The position numbers and the translations under genes are program-made. The notes beneath the pieces were generated by a model. The model was not told the DNA's origin. It did not search any database and saw only the letters and a list, made by a program, of their open reading frames with translations. Below, piece after piece: positions 8,626 to 18,862 of a stretch of 64,000 bases of DNA. The first letter of the stretch is position 1; each line of letters begins with the position of its first letter. Source of the stretch: a virus (Duplodnaviria; Caudoviricetes); IMG/VR virus record IMGVR_UViG_3300028833_000112, positions 30,212-94,211 of that record, one strand, 5' to 3'.

Positions 8626-9801
8626 ATGCTTATGTCTAAAAGATTAATCAGAGCCTCAACGTTTTACGCGGACACCGGGCGACCGTTTGATTTGTTGGTG
8701 ACCGACGACCTCAAGCAATTTTATATTGACTTGGAGCAGCTGGCGGTGTCGATGGACGATTATCACGAACAACCGATTGGCACGACGTCGGCTGAAGTTC
8801 TCGCGCATCAAATCAGAAGATTCTTCGAGACAAAAATTAACGGAAAAAACAAATTCCTTATGAGCGTCGAGCGGCTCAAGGAGCACTCGGAAAACTGCGA
8901 CGAGCTTATGTTTTATGAACTTAGGCTCAGCAAAACTTTCCCCACTGAAATTTTTGAAGCGGTCAAGCGTCCGTTCCCCGCGCCTATCAAAATTTTGAAT
9001 ACTCCGCCCACATTGGTTTACGACACCGGCGAGAAAAATCCCGAAAAACAAATTCGGATTTACGAGAACGCGGACGAGTACTTGATTGACCTCGGCAACA
9101 TTAACTACTTGCTCACGGGCAGTTGTGATTGGTCACCCGCGCTCGTCAAAGCCGTGCTCCGTGATTACAAAGTTTACACGTGGAGGCACAGCAGATATTT
9201 CTGCGGTTTGGACGCCGTGCCCGATATTTTCACCGACATCGGCACGAAGGAAGCACGCAAACTGATAAGACGATTCGCCAAGCAAGTTTTCATGTCTCCA
9301 ACGCCGGAAAAAATTAATTTCGTCAAACTCAACTGCAAACTCTTTCATGACGAGCCATGGGAGGACGGCGAATTCAAAATCTACAGAGGCGTCGGCTTCG
9401 TTCAGAACGGTTTCTTCTTCAGGACGGACGAGCTTGGCGATTTGCTGGCGGGCGATGATTGCGACCGCGAAGCTGCATTGGATATGGCGGCTCATGAACT
9501 CGGCGAATTCAAAGACAAATCCAATTTCCGTTTCTATTGCCGACTCGATTACACCGATACGGTTGTCCGCAACTATCTGGCAAAGCTGTGGAACGGCGAG
9601 AACGAGCATAATAAATTCATTCAACGCGGCTGGAGTTTCATCCGCTGGTTCCATGACTTCCTGCCGAAATTCTTCAAACAACACGGTATCAACTTCGACG
9701 CGTTCTTCGGACAGTTTCATCATGCGAACGCTTACGAGGAAGAAACCGAGCCGACTCCGCTGGAAGATTATTTGAGAGAACAAACCGCGACAGATTTTTG
9801 A
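8626..9801 (+). CDS. Hypothetical protein
   Basis: 391 aa ORF with GGAGG RBS and phage-like codon use. Confidence 0.7.
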   Translation: MLMSKRLIRASTFYADTGRPFDLLVTDDLKQFYIDLEQLAVSMDDYHEQPIGTTSAEVLAHQIRRFFETKINGKNKFLMSVERLKEHSENCDELMFYELRLSKTFPTEIFEAVKRPFPAPIKILNTPPTLVYDTGEKNPEKQIRIYENADEYLIDLGNINYLLTGSCDWSPALVKAVLRDYKVYTWRHSRYFCGLDAVPDIFTDIGTKEARKLIRRFAKQVFMSPTPEKINFVKLNCKLFHDEPWEDGEFKIYRGVGFVQNGFFFRTDELGDLLAGDDCDREAALDMAAHELGEFKDKSNFRFYCRLDYTDTVVRNYLAKLWNGENEHNKFIQRGWSFIRWFHDFLPKFFKQHGINFDAFFGQFHHANAYEEETEPTPLEDYLREQTATDF

Positions 9802-10594
9802 AGGAGTACTTATGATTCGGATGAAGCTAACGCGCCCGAAAAGACCGACGCGCCCCGCGTCGACACCGACCGAAGGAGTGATTCAAATGACTGACACCGA
9901 GAAGGATTATAAGGCGGCATTCATGGCGTTGCTGAAGGATTATCAACACGATGTCTACGAGTACGATTCTTACGATTATTGCCACGGTTGTTGCCCGTTT
10001 CGTGACGAGTTCAATAACGGTTGCCCCGCGTGCGTGTATGAAGAGTATCACGATTCCGATTACGACGCTTACAAGATTGACGAGGACAAATGTCGCGAAG
10101 AAATTTTCAAGTGGTATGTGGAGAAAGCAAATGGCTGATTACGGGATTGAACATTATGTCGATGAGGACACGTTCTATATTCGGCAACCGCATTGCTCGA
10201 CGAGTGTGCGCGTGGTAAAGCGCGATTACAAACGCGTGATTGTCAAGCCGTTCTGGGATGTGGAAATTTCCGCCGACGGCGACCACTGGCAGAACGTGTA
10301 CACTCTCGCTGACAAAGACAGTGCCATCGAAGCTTGCGCGCGCTTGGCTGAATTCATTGACCGCGAGGCGAGTAAAAATGACTGAGCACGAGCAAAAACT
10401 TCAGCGAACTGTCGAATGGCTCCTTGCTTTGATTGAAGACGCCATCGACGCGGCCGACGATTATTGCGCGAATCGTTGTCCCGTCCGTGAGCCGAGCGGC
10501 TTTTGCCCCGCCGAAGACCGCGTGGACGAATATGACGTGCGCGATTATCGGGAGTGCATGGATTTGAGAGTGGAATTTTTTGTGGAGAAAGCAA

Positions 10595-12100
10595 ATGGAT
10601 GAGTTAATCACGACGCAAGACAACGCGGTTGCTCTGCCGCAACTTGAACTCGAAATTAAATTTTATCTCGGTCAGACCGCGCAGAACATAATTGAAGTGG
10701 GCAAGCGGCTGATTCAAGCAAAACAGCTCGTCAAACACGGACACTGGCAGAACTGGCTGGAGAAAAATTTTCAGCTGAGTCAACAAACCGCAAGAAAGTT
10801 TATGGAGTGTGCTGAACGATTCGGCAAAATGCTCGACGTCGAGCGTTTTAAACCTTCGCAACTTACGGAGATGTTAGCACTGCCGTCAGCCGAGGAGACG
10901 GAGAAGTTTATCGCCGAGAAAGCCGCTGAGCAGAAAAACGTCGCCGAAATGACGATTAAAGAGCTCCGCGAAGAAATTGCCAAGCACAAGAAGAAAATCG
11001 CTGAGCAGGATGAGACAATCGCCGCGCGTGACAAAACCATCGTCGACAATAAAAAGGCGTATCAAGAATCACTCTTCAAGCTGGACGAGGCGCACAAGAA
11101 AGAAGTCACCGACCTGAACGATGAGCTTGCCGACGTTCAAAGCGAACTCGCCGACAAGAAAGACAAACTTGAGGACGCGGAAAAGGAACTCAAGGAACGC
11201 CCGACCGTGACCGTGCCGCCCGAAGATTATCAGCAGACAAAGAAAGACTTCGCCGCCGCGCAGATTGAACTCGGCAAAGCACAAGCCGCCATTGAAAACC
11301 AAGCCAAAGACTTTGAACGGCAAAGCAAGGAAGCGCAAGAGGCTTTCGACAGCCAAAACCAAGAACTTCAAAAGAAGCTTGATAAGGCTAACAAAGAGAA
11401 GAAAAAACTCAAAGAGCGGCTTGAAGCTAAAGAAGAAATTGTCGCACAGGTCGAAGAAGACGCGCCACCGCCTACATTGTTTATCGGCAACGGAATCGGC
11501 TTTGTGCCCGATGAACCCTACAAGCTTCTGCTGACCGACCCGCCCTATTCGACGGACGTTGACGACGTTGATGAATTCGCGCAAAGCTGGTTGCCGAATG
11601 CGCTCCGCTATGTGCGCCATGACGGATTCGCTTACGTTTTCATCGGCGCATATCCCGACGAGCTTCGCGCTTACCTGAACATTACGCCGCCCGAACATTT
11701 AAATCTGTGTCAAGTGCTCGTGTGGACGTATCGCAACACACTCGGTAACAACCCGAAAGACCGGTACAAACTTAATTGGCAGGCGTGTTTGTTCTATCGC
11801 GGTGTCGACGCTCAAAATCTCGATTGTCCTGTGACCAATGAGCAATGGGCAGTTCAAGATATTAATGCGCCTGATGGCAGATTGGGTAACCGTGACCACA
11901 CTTGGCAAAAACCCAATGAAATTGCCGAACGCTTTGTCCGTCACTCGACACAAAAAGGCGACACCGTCTTTGACCCGTTCGCTTGTACGGGAACGTTTCT
12001 CCTTGCCGCCGCGAAATTTGGGCGCAAAGCTTACGGTTTTGAAATTAATCCCGATAATGCCGCTCTGGCTTTTAAGAGGGGGTGCACTAATGGGGCTTAA
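10595..12100 (+). CDS. DUF3102 + coiled coil + N6/N4 DNA methyltransferase fusion
   Basis: N-terminal IIEVGKRLIQAKQLVKHGHWQNWL; DPPY motif; HTWQKP; VFDPFACTGT (beta-class motif order). Confidence 0.8.
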   Translation: MDELITTQDNAVALPQLELEIKFYLGQTAQNIIEVGKRLIQAKQLVKHGHWQNWLEKNFQLSQQTARKFMECAERFGKMLDVERFKPSQLTEMLALPSAEETEKFIAEKAAEQKNVAEMTIKELREEIAKHKKKIAEQDETIAARDKTIVDNKKAYQESLFKLDEAHKKEVTDLNDELADVQSELADKKDKLEDAEKELKERPTVTVPPEDYQQTKKDFAAAQIELGKAQAAIENQAKDFERQSKEAQEAFDSQNQELQKKLDKANKEKKKLKERLEAKEEIVAQVEEDAPPPTLFIGNGIGFVPDEPYKLLLTDPPYSTDVDDVDEFAQSWLPNALRYVRHDGFAYVFIGAYPDELRAYLNITPPEHLNLCQVLVWTYRNTLGNNPKDRYKLNWQACLFYRGVDAQNLDCPVTNEQWAVQDINAPDGRLGNRDHTWQKPNEIAERFVRHSTQKGDTVFDPFACTGTFLLAAAKFGRKAYGFEINPDNAALAFKRGCTNGA

Positions 12101-12710
12101 CTTTAATGAAGCAATGAGTGTGACACGCCAAGATTTTGGGAAACATGTCGCGCCTTTATTTCGCTCAATGTGGAGCGGGTGTGAAATATACTCAAACGAA
12201 AAACATCCAGACCCATTGCGCCGACTTTTGGACGATTACGCAGGGAAAGATTATGTAATTTTTCATAAGGAGTGGGGAATGCCGTTCTCTTTGGCAAGCA
12301 GAATTCAACGCACGGGCTTCAGCTATGACACTTTCACCGTTCGCAACAAACGCGACAGCGGCTCGGCTACTGAATACGAAAAACGACGCAAAGCAATTGT
12401 CGCCGGCGGCGAATATCCAACGCTGACACTTCAAGCTTATTTGACTAAAGATGGAGCTTCACTTTTGAAGTTGGCTATTGTGAGAACTGTCGACCTTTTT
12501 GAGTATCTTAGGTGTAACGAAGGTAAGCTTGAAAAAAAGCATACAGGTACCGAACAATCCGGTCAAGCTGAATTCATTGTAGCTAAATGGTCTGAACTGG
12601 GCAGAAAATATGCCGTCAGTGTTTTTGAACCTAAGGATAACGGCTGGCTCAAAACTTACCGAAACAATACAGGGCAAGTAAAAGAATTTTTGAGGAGGCA
12701 ATCTTCATGA
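12090..12710 (+). CDS. Hypothetical protein, possibly nuclease-fold
   Basis: Overlaps the MTase stop; lower GC; LDDYAGKDY...ASRIQ resembles a PD-(D/E)xK-type core only weakly. Confidence 0.5.
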   Translation: MGLNFNEAMSVTRQDFGKHVAPLFRSMWSGCEIYSNEKHPDPLRRLLDDYAGKDYVIFHKEWGMPFSLASRIQRTGFSYDTFTVRNKRDSGSATEYEKRRKAIVAGGEYPTLTLQAYLTKDGASLLKLAIVRTVDLFEYLRCNEGKLEKKHTGTEQSGQAEFIVAKWSELGRKYAVSVFEPKDNGWLKTYRNNTGQVKEFLRRQSS

Positions 12711-13087
12711 ACAAAGTATTTCTCAGCGGGAACCTGACCCGCGATATCGAGCTCAAAGAGACTCAGAGCGGCAAATCCTACGCGCGAATCGGAATCGCAG
12801 TCAAGCGTCCCTTCTCCAAGGACAAAGACGCCGTTGACTTCCTCAACCTCGTCGTCTGGGATAAAACCGCCGAATTCATGAACAAGTACATGGGCAAGGG
12901 CTCTCGCGTGCTCGTCGAAGGGCGAATCCAAACGGGCAGCTACGAGAAAGACGGAACCAAGTTCAACACTTTTGATATTGTTGTCGACAACGTGGAATTC
13001 GCGGGCGGCGACAAACGTGACTCCAAACCCAAAGCCCATGACGAATTCGACGGCGAACCCATACCGCCCGATGACACTCCGTTCTAA
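12707..13087 (+). CDS. ssb: Single-stranded DNA-binding protein
   Basis: MNKVFLSGNLTRDIEL...KGSRVLVEGRIQTGSYEKDG; acidic tail DDTPF. Confidence 0.95.
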   Translation: MNKVFLSGNLTRDIELKETQSGKSYARIGIAVKRPFSKDKDAVDFLNLVVWDKTAEFMNKYMGKGSRVLVEGRIQTGSYEKDGTKFNTFDIVVDNVEFAGGDKRDSKPKAHDEFDGEPIPPDDTPF

Positions 13088-13090
13088 GCC

Positions 13091-13819
13091 ATGAAGCGCG
13101 AAGACAAATATCTGATTGACCACAAACGCCTTGCCCAACTCGCGTCGAAGTCTGCGAGCGATTTGTTTAACAGAAGAGCCCCATTTCATTTCAAAGCCCT
13201 TAGGTTGCGGAAAGTATTCTCCGCCACCGATGCCAAAGCTGTTGCTGATTATCTCGGCGTGGACGTTTCCGAGTTCGGCGAGCTGTTCACGCCGGAGCAA
13301 CAAGTCCAAGAGTGTTTGCGGCTGAAAGATTTGCTCAAGTCTTTAATGCAAGAGATAAATGAATCCTTTCGCGCGGAACGCAAACTCAACGCCGAAATTC
13401 AATTGCTCATATTCAAAACTTTCGGGACGCAACTCGAAGACCTCAAGCAGCACACGACCGAGCTCCGCGATAAGGCAGACAAAATCGCAGGGCGGCTTAA
13501 AGCGTTTGGTAGAAAAATTCCTGCCATAAAGAACGCTCAAGGCGGAAGTGTGGACGGCGACGCGTGGTGGTATCTGCCCGACGCCTCAGGACATTTCGCC
13601 GCGTCAAGAATCCCCGTCGTGAATCTCGCCAAAGAAAAATATGCCAAGCGCGGGCTCACCATTCGGCAGGCGCGCGACAGCATGAACATCGGCGGCGACA
13701 AAAATTTTCTCGACCGCACTAACTCAATCGTGGCGGAACTCGCAGAAATTTTGGACGTGTACATTAAAAAGGGCTTCGGCGATTTGTATCTGCTCGAAGT
13801 CTTACCCAATCTCATTTAG
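13091..13819 (+). CDS. Hypothetical protein
   Basis: ORF tightly packed in the operon. Confidence 0.6.
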   Translation: MKREDKYLIDHKRLAQLASKSASDLFNRRAPFHFKALRLRKVFSATDAKAVADYLGVDVSEFGELFTPEQQVQECLRLKDLLKSLMQEINESFRAERKLNAEIQLLIFKTFGTQLEDLKQHTTELRDKADKIAGRLKAFGRKIPAIKNAQGGSVDGDAWWYLPDASGHFAASRIPVVNLAKEKYAKRGLTIRQARDSMNIGGDKNFLDRTNSIVAELAEILDVYIKKGFGDLYLLEVLPNLI

Positions 13820-13828
13820 GAGGGCAAC

Positions 13829-14938
13829 ATGAAATTTTCTTGCTATAAATCTGATTTGGTGGAGGCGTTGAGCTTCGTCAGCCGTGCCGCCGCCGTCAAA
13901 CCCATGACGCCCGTCCTCAGCGGCGTTTTCATCCGCACCGAGGGCAGCGCGGGCGTCGAACTCCAAGCCAACAATAATTCCACGGCCATTGCCGCGAAAA
14001 TCCCCGTCAACGTCGAAGTCCCCGGCGCGACCGTCGTCAACGCAAAACGTTTCCTCGACTTCGCGCGCAATATGCCCGACGACACAATCACGCTCACGCT
14101 GGAGGATAATACTCTCGCGCTCGAATCGGGCGGCGCACACGTCGACCTGCTCACCATGAACCCCGACGACTTTCCCAAAATCAAAGCCGAGGAGATGCCG
14201 AACACTTTCAAAGTCAGGGTGCCCGTGCTCGCTGAGTTAATCCGCCGAACTGTCTACGCCGTCGCAAAGGATGACTCGCGCCCTGTTTTTACCGGCGTCA
14301 ACTTTATCCTCCGCGGCGAAGATATTACGGCCACTGCATCCAACACTCACCGCCTTGCGTTCGCCAAAGACAAACTCGTTGAAGACTGCGGAAATATTTT
14401 TGAATTCGTCATCCGCGGCGACACTCTCCGCGATATCCTCGCGCGCCTCGATTCCAAAGACGCCGAAGAGATTGTCACGATTAATTACAACGGCAAATCC
14501 GCCGCGTTCCTGTTCAATAACGTTTTCGTGACCACGCGCCTTATTGAAGGGCAATTCCCGCCTTACGACCGCGTCATCCCGAAAGAATCTGTGCTCCACG
14601 TCAAAGTCAACACCGCCGAACTCAAGGAAGCCGTAAGATTTGTTTCGGGCATGAGCAAGGAAACCGAGTACAACACGATTAAATTTGACATCACACGGGA
14701 CGGCATTGACATCTCGGCGAACTCGCCCGAAGTCGGCGGCGCATCCAGCCCCGTCGAAGCCGACGTGGACGGCGACGAGCTTATCATCAATTTCAACGTC
14801 GATTACATTTCCGACGTGCTCAAGGTCGTGACCGATGAAAAATTGCTCCTCGAATTCAACGACCAATACTCGCCCGTGAAAGTCACCGAGCCGGGCAACG
14901 CGAATTTTATTTATATCGCGACGCCCGTGCGCACCTGA
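13829..14938 (+). CDS. dnaN: DNA polymerase III beta sliding clamp
   Basis: 369 aa; SRPVFTGV, ASNTHRLA, TRLIEGQFPPYDRVIP, INFNVDYISDVLK, YIATPVRT. Confidence 0.95.
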   Translation: MKFSCYKSDLVEALSFVSRAAAVKPMTPVLSGVFIRTEGSAGVELQANNNSTAIAAKIPVNVEVPGATVVNAKRFLDFARNMPDDTITLTLEDNTLALESGGAHVDLLTMNPDDFPKIKAEEMPNTFKVRVPVLAELIRRTVYAVAKDDSRPVFTGVNFILRGEDITATASNTHRLAFAKDKLVEDCGNIFEFVIRGDTLRDILARLDSKDAEEIVTINYNGKSAAFLFNNVFVTTRLIEGQFPPYDRVIPKESVLHVKVNTAELKEAVRFVSGMSKETEYNTIKFDITRDGIDISANSPEVGGASSPVEADVDGDELIINFNVDYISDVLKVVTDEKLLLEFNDQYSPVKVTEPGNANFIYIATPVRT

Positions 14939-14939
14939 A

Positions 14940-15923
14940 ATGATTACCATACAAACACCGCGCGCGCCGATTAAAATTTTTGCCACGGGCACGGGGAAAT
15001 TTTTCTTCCTGCAGAAAAGATTGTTCGCCGCTTTGGGTTTCAGCGAACGCTCCGAACTCGGCGAAACTGTCGTCGACATGTGTCGTTACGCACTCGCGCG
15101 GAGGAGAATCGGCAGGCACTATCTCCTCGACCTGCAATTGCTCGTCAGGGATATCCTGCCCGTCCTCCTCGAAATGTTCGACGAGTCGCCCGAAATTGTT
15201 TCCGCGCGCGAAGTCCACAAACTTTTGAGCAAAGGGCTGAACCAAATCATGAATCAACCTGTTGCGCCGTTCAAAAAATTTAAGCCGCCCGAAGAATCCG
15301 AGCAACTTGAATATCTGCCGAAGATTGGCTGGTGCGTGCTGAACAATGTGCCCATCAACGCCTACAAGAACGACGCGGGCGAAATTTTTCTCCAATGTAA
15401 CCATCTGCTTCAGGCGTTGGGGCTCTCGCGAACCAAATCTTTGACTGCGGGCGACTTCGGCAGATTTTTGACCGAACATAATTTGCCGCGCAAGATGCTG
15501 ACCGACGGCGTTGAAAATTTCGGCAAACGCCCTGTCATTGTCCTCAAGGCCGCCGACGTCCGCGACGTGCTCCTGCCCAATATTTTGTCCGGCGCAATTA
15601 AATTTAATACCGCCGATTCGAAACGCCGCAATGCTCGGATTATCCTCGACGATTTGAATAATTATCTGGAGGGAAAAGTTATGCCGCCCGAAAACGTGAA
15701 ACCCGAAGTTGCAGAAATTAAAAGTGACACGACACCGACCGAAAAAGAAATGCCGACCGCCGTCAGCGAAAAAGAAAAATTGGACGCCACACGCGCGCTT
15801 ATCGATGAGCTTGTGGCCGTCACCGGCGTCCCGAAAGATTTTCTCGCCAAATCTCTTTACGATTACAAAGCCGCTGAGTTGAAACGTTGGCGCGAGGGGT
15901 TAATCAATGGCGCGCAAATTTGA
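14940..15923 (+). CDS. Hypothetical protein
   Basis: 327 aa ORF coupled to dnaN. Confidence 0.6.
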   Translation: MITIQTPRAPIKIFATGTGKFFFLQKRLFAALGFSERSELGETVVDMCRYALARRRIGRHYLLDLQLLVRDILPVLLEMFDESPEIVSAREVHKLLSKGLNQIMNQPVAPFKKFKPPEESEQLEYLPKIGWCVLNNVPINAYKNDAGEIFLQCNHLLQALGLSRTKSLTAGDFGRFLTEHNLPRKMLTDGVENFGKRPVIVLKAADVRDVLLPNILSGAIKFNTADSKRRNARIILDDLNNYLEGKVMPPENVKPEVAEIKSDTTPTEKEMPTAVSEKEKLDATRALIDELVAVTGVPKDFLAKSLYDYKAAELKRWREGLINGAQI

Positions 15924-16380
15924 AGCCACGGGCAAGGCAGTTGTCTACACTCGCGACGGCGTGGAAATCGTCGATGCCGAAGTCCGCCGCTCGTTCAACG
16001 TGCACTGCGACACCTGCACTTACAAACTTAAAAATTTTCAAAAGCCTCACATCTTAGTGGGAGGGGCGCGAACTGTGCCGACAGATAACAAATACGCACA
16101 AGCCTCATACGAACTCGAACGCATTGAACAAGCTGCCAAGTATGCGTCGACAAAATTCTTTCGGCTCATGCTCGACCTGCAACGTTGCGCGCAATGGGAA
16201 CCGATTCACCCGTCCAATTCGCCCTTCGGCTGGGGCTGCTTCCGTGATAACCGACGGCGACCTTTGCCGACCAGTGACCCTGAACTTTACAAACTCTTCG
16301 ACTTCACGCCCGCGATGATTCGTTTTGTGGAGGAACATTACAATGATGAGTTACTCGACGCCCGAAGCGCGCAAGGATAA
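15907..16380 (+). CDS. Protein resembling the C-terminus of Eco57I-type restriction-modification enzymes
   Basis: KYASTKFFRLML...DPELYKLFDFTPAMIRFVE. Confidence 0.5.
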   Translation: MARKFEATGKAVVYTRDGVEIVDAEVRRSFNVHCDTCTYKLKNFQKPHILVGGARTVPTDNKYAQASYELERIEQAAKYASTKFFRLMLDLQRCAQWEPIHPSNSPFGWGCFRDNRRRPLPTSDPELYKLFDFTPAMIRFVEEHYNDELLDARSAQG

Positions 16381-16810
16381 AAATTCTGCGTATCACAAGC
16401 ACGCTGAAGTTTTCACGCCTGCGGGTCTTGCCTTCGATATGATTCTTAACGAGTATGTGCGCGAACTCGTTCAAGACGTCGACAAAACTGCCTTCGACCC
16501 CGCTGTCGGGCAGGGGCAATTCCCGTGCGCCGAACTCGTCTGCAAACTTTTTTACAACATTGACCGCTTGGATGAGGACTTGGCTCTCCGCGCGCTCAAA
16601 TCTCTCTACGGCATCGACATCCAAGAATCTTCCGTGCGCCAAGCCCGCGAACATTTAATTCTTACGCTCTGTGATTCGTTCCGCTTCTTTACCGGCAAGG
16701 AGTTCACTCGCCTCGCCGAAGCTCAAGCAATCGCCGAAGAAAATATCTTCCAAGGCGACAGCTTGAAAATTATGGAGGAATGGACGAATCCGCAGGGCTC
16801 TTTGTTTTGA
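16343..16810 (+). CDS. N-terminal SAM-binding half of an adenine methyltransferase
   Basis: HAEVFTP, FDPAVGQGQF, LYGIDI, NIFQGDSL; ends before an NPPY motif. Confidence 0.7.
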   Translation: MMSYSTPEARKDKNSAYHKHAEVFTPAGLAFDMILNEYVRELVQDVDKTAFDPAVGQGQFPCAELVCKLFYNIDRLDEDLALRALKSLYGIDIQESSVRQAREHLILTLCDSFRFFTGKEFTRLAEAQAIAEENIFQGDSLKIMEEWTNPQGSLF

Positions 16811-17279
16811 GGTAACGTTTTGATTCGTGACAGAGGAGGATAACCATGAGCGCGAATTTTATCTTCACCGACAGGCACGGGAAGCAATGGGTTGACGCTG
16901 AATATTTGCGCAAGCACTTCGGCATCACCGACGCCGGGAAAAAGTTCTTCTACGATTATGATTTTTGGCGCGCCAAGGCTGAGCACTACCTCACGCTCGC
17001 CCGCAAAGCTCGGCAGGAGCAGACGCGTCGCTGATTTTTAAGGAGTGATTGGTTATGGAGCTGAGAGAAGTATTGAAAAATTTTTGGGTCAGACCTGAAG
17101 CTGTGGATTATGTCGAGGTAATTAACGAATCCGATGACACAGTAGCCTTGTGGAGCGTGGAAATTGGAACTCGTGGCGGGCAACGTTTAACCACCGGCAA
17201 ACTGTTCGACACTGAAAAAGACGCGCGCAACCATGCCTGCTATGTGCTCGGTGTGCTGCTCGCGGCAAAGGATTGAGCC

Positions 17280-17531
17280 ATGAAGACAATTACTCAAGCG
17301 ACGTTTGCTTATCGCGGCTCAAAAATTATCGCGCGGCAAATCCGCGACAAAAGCACCGACAAATTTTTCTGCTGGCACGGGCTCATTGATGGCGAGGAGG
17401 AATTCCCCGTCGCCGCCCGTTCCCTTCAGCAGTTCGAAAAAAATTTCGTGCTTCAAATGAATGACTTGGAAGCCGCAATTAATATCGAGGAGGGAATCAT
17501 CCGTGAAAACAAACAACACCAGGACAATTGA
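17280..17531 (+). CDS. HicB-like N-terminal domain protein, copy 1
   Basis: YRG...FFCWHGLIDG...AARSLQQFEKNF pattern. Confidence 0.45.
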   Translation: MKTITQATFAYRGSKIIARQIRDKSTDKFFCWHGLIDGEEEFPVAARSLQQFEKNFVLQMNDLEAAINIEEGIIRENKQHQDN

Positions 17532-17724
17532 ATATCGCGGGCACTATATCATCGTGCAAGAAATGTATGAAGGCTCCGATGGTAAATTTTCCTGCTGGTA
17601 CGGTGAGCCCGACGGCATTGAAAACCTTTCTATCACCGCCAACACACTTAAGGAATTTATGAAAATTTTTATTAATATGGTTGACAACATTGAAAGCAAG
17701 GAGGAAGCCAATGAAAATAATTGA
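17503..17724 (+). CDS. HicB-like N-terminal domain protein, copy 2
   Basis: YRG...FSCWYGEPDGIENLSITANTLKEFMKIF; aligns with the upstream ORF. Confidence 0.45.
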   Translation: MKTNNTRTIEYRGHYIIVQEMYEGSDGKFSCWYGEPDGIENLSITANTLKEFMKIFINMVDNIESKEEANENN

Positions 17725-18343
17725 ACCATCGGCAACGCTCGTCGACGAAATTAACCCCGATGAAATTCTGCTCAAGCTGGAGACTTGCGGGCGCGTCTCT
17801 CATCAATCCAGTGGTCGCCCGTTGCACACTCGCGGAGCACAAGAACGCGCCGAAAGTTTTGTCCGTATGCTCATCAAGCGCGGGCACGAATCCGTCCTTG
17901 AACACGTGTCGCTTGCCTTCCACATCATCTGCGACCGCGCTATCCAAAATGAACTCGTTCGTCACAGGCACGCAAGTTTTACGGTTGAGAGCACCCGCTA
18001 CGTCAAATACGACGAGCTTGAAGTCATTGCGCCGCGTTGGCAAGAGCAAACTTTTCTTTATCGGAAATGGTATTCGCACATGTGCGAAGTTGAAGACACC
18101 TATAAGGATATGATTGAACATGGTGCACGCCCTGAAGATGCTCGCTCCGTTTTATCTAACTGTGTTAAGTCCGAGTTGTACATGGCTTGCAATTTAAGGG
18201 AGTGGAGACATATTTTGAAGTTGAGGACGGACAAGGCGGCTCATCCGCAAATGCGCCAAGTCATGAATCAAGTGCTTGCCGTGTTCAAAGAGAAATTGCC
18301 CGTCATTGTGGAGGATATTAATTATGATAGGTCAGCTTGGTGA
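17711..18343 (+). CDS. thyX: FAD-dependent thymidylate synthase
   Basis: RGHESVLEH; ELVRHRHASFTVESTRY; NLREWRHILKLR...AHPQMR. Confidence 0.95.
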   Translation: MKIIEPSATLVDEINPDEILLKLETCGRVSHQSSGRPLHTRGAQERAESFVRMLIKRGHESVLEHVSLAFHIICDRAIQNELVRHRHASFTVESTRYVKYDELEVIAPRWQEQTFLYRKWYSHMCEVEDTYKDMIEHGARPEDARSVLSNCVKSELYMACNLREWRHILKLRTDKAAHPQMRQVMNQVLAVFKEKLPVIVEDINYDRSAW

Positions 18344-18862
18344 CAAAGGTGAGTACCGTGAAATCTTGCGGGTCGACTTCACCGACGAAAAAGAATATCG
18401 AAAATTTGTCGATGATATTGCTCAATCAATCCTGTGCGATTTTAACTTCAATGAAGATTTGGAAGAAAATATCGCGCACGAAATAATCGAGCGGCATCTT
18501 ACCACGTTGGCAGAAGCTTTGCTCGACAGCTTAATCGCCCAGCTGCCTGCTAATAAGGAGGGCAACGGAAATGAATGAAACTGATTTTATGAGCGACATT
18601 TTGTTCGGCGACAAAGAAAAAATTTCCGACGCCTTGAAATCATACGTGGCGAGCGAAATGCAACCGCTCCTCGCGCTGACCACGGCAATCGAAGCCCAGC
18701 TGAAACTTGAAACGCTGACAAATTTGCTGGTCGCCAAGGGTGTTATCGCTCAAAAGGAGATTGACGCCGCCAACGCCCTCGCCGAACAATCGGAAGCCGG
18801 TTTGTTTGTCACCGAGATGACACAAAAATTAACTCACCTGTCTGATTTGATGAGGAAGAACG

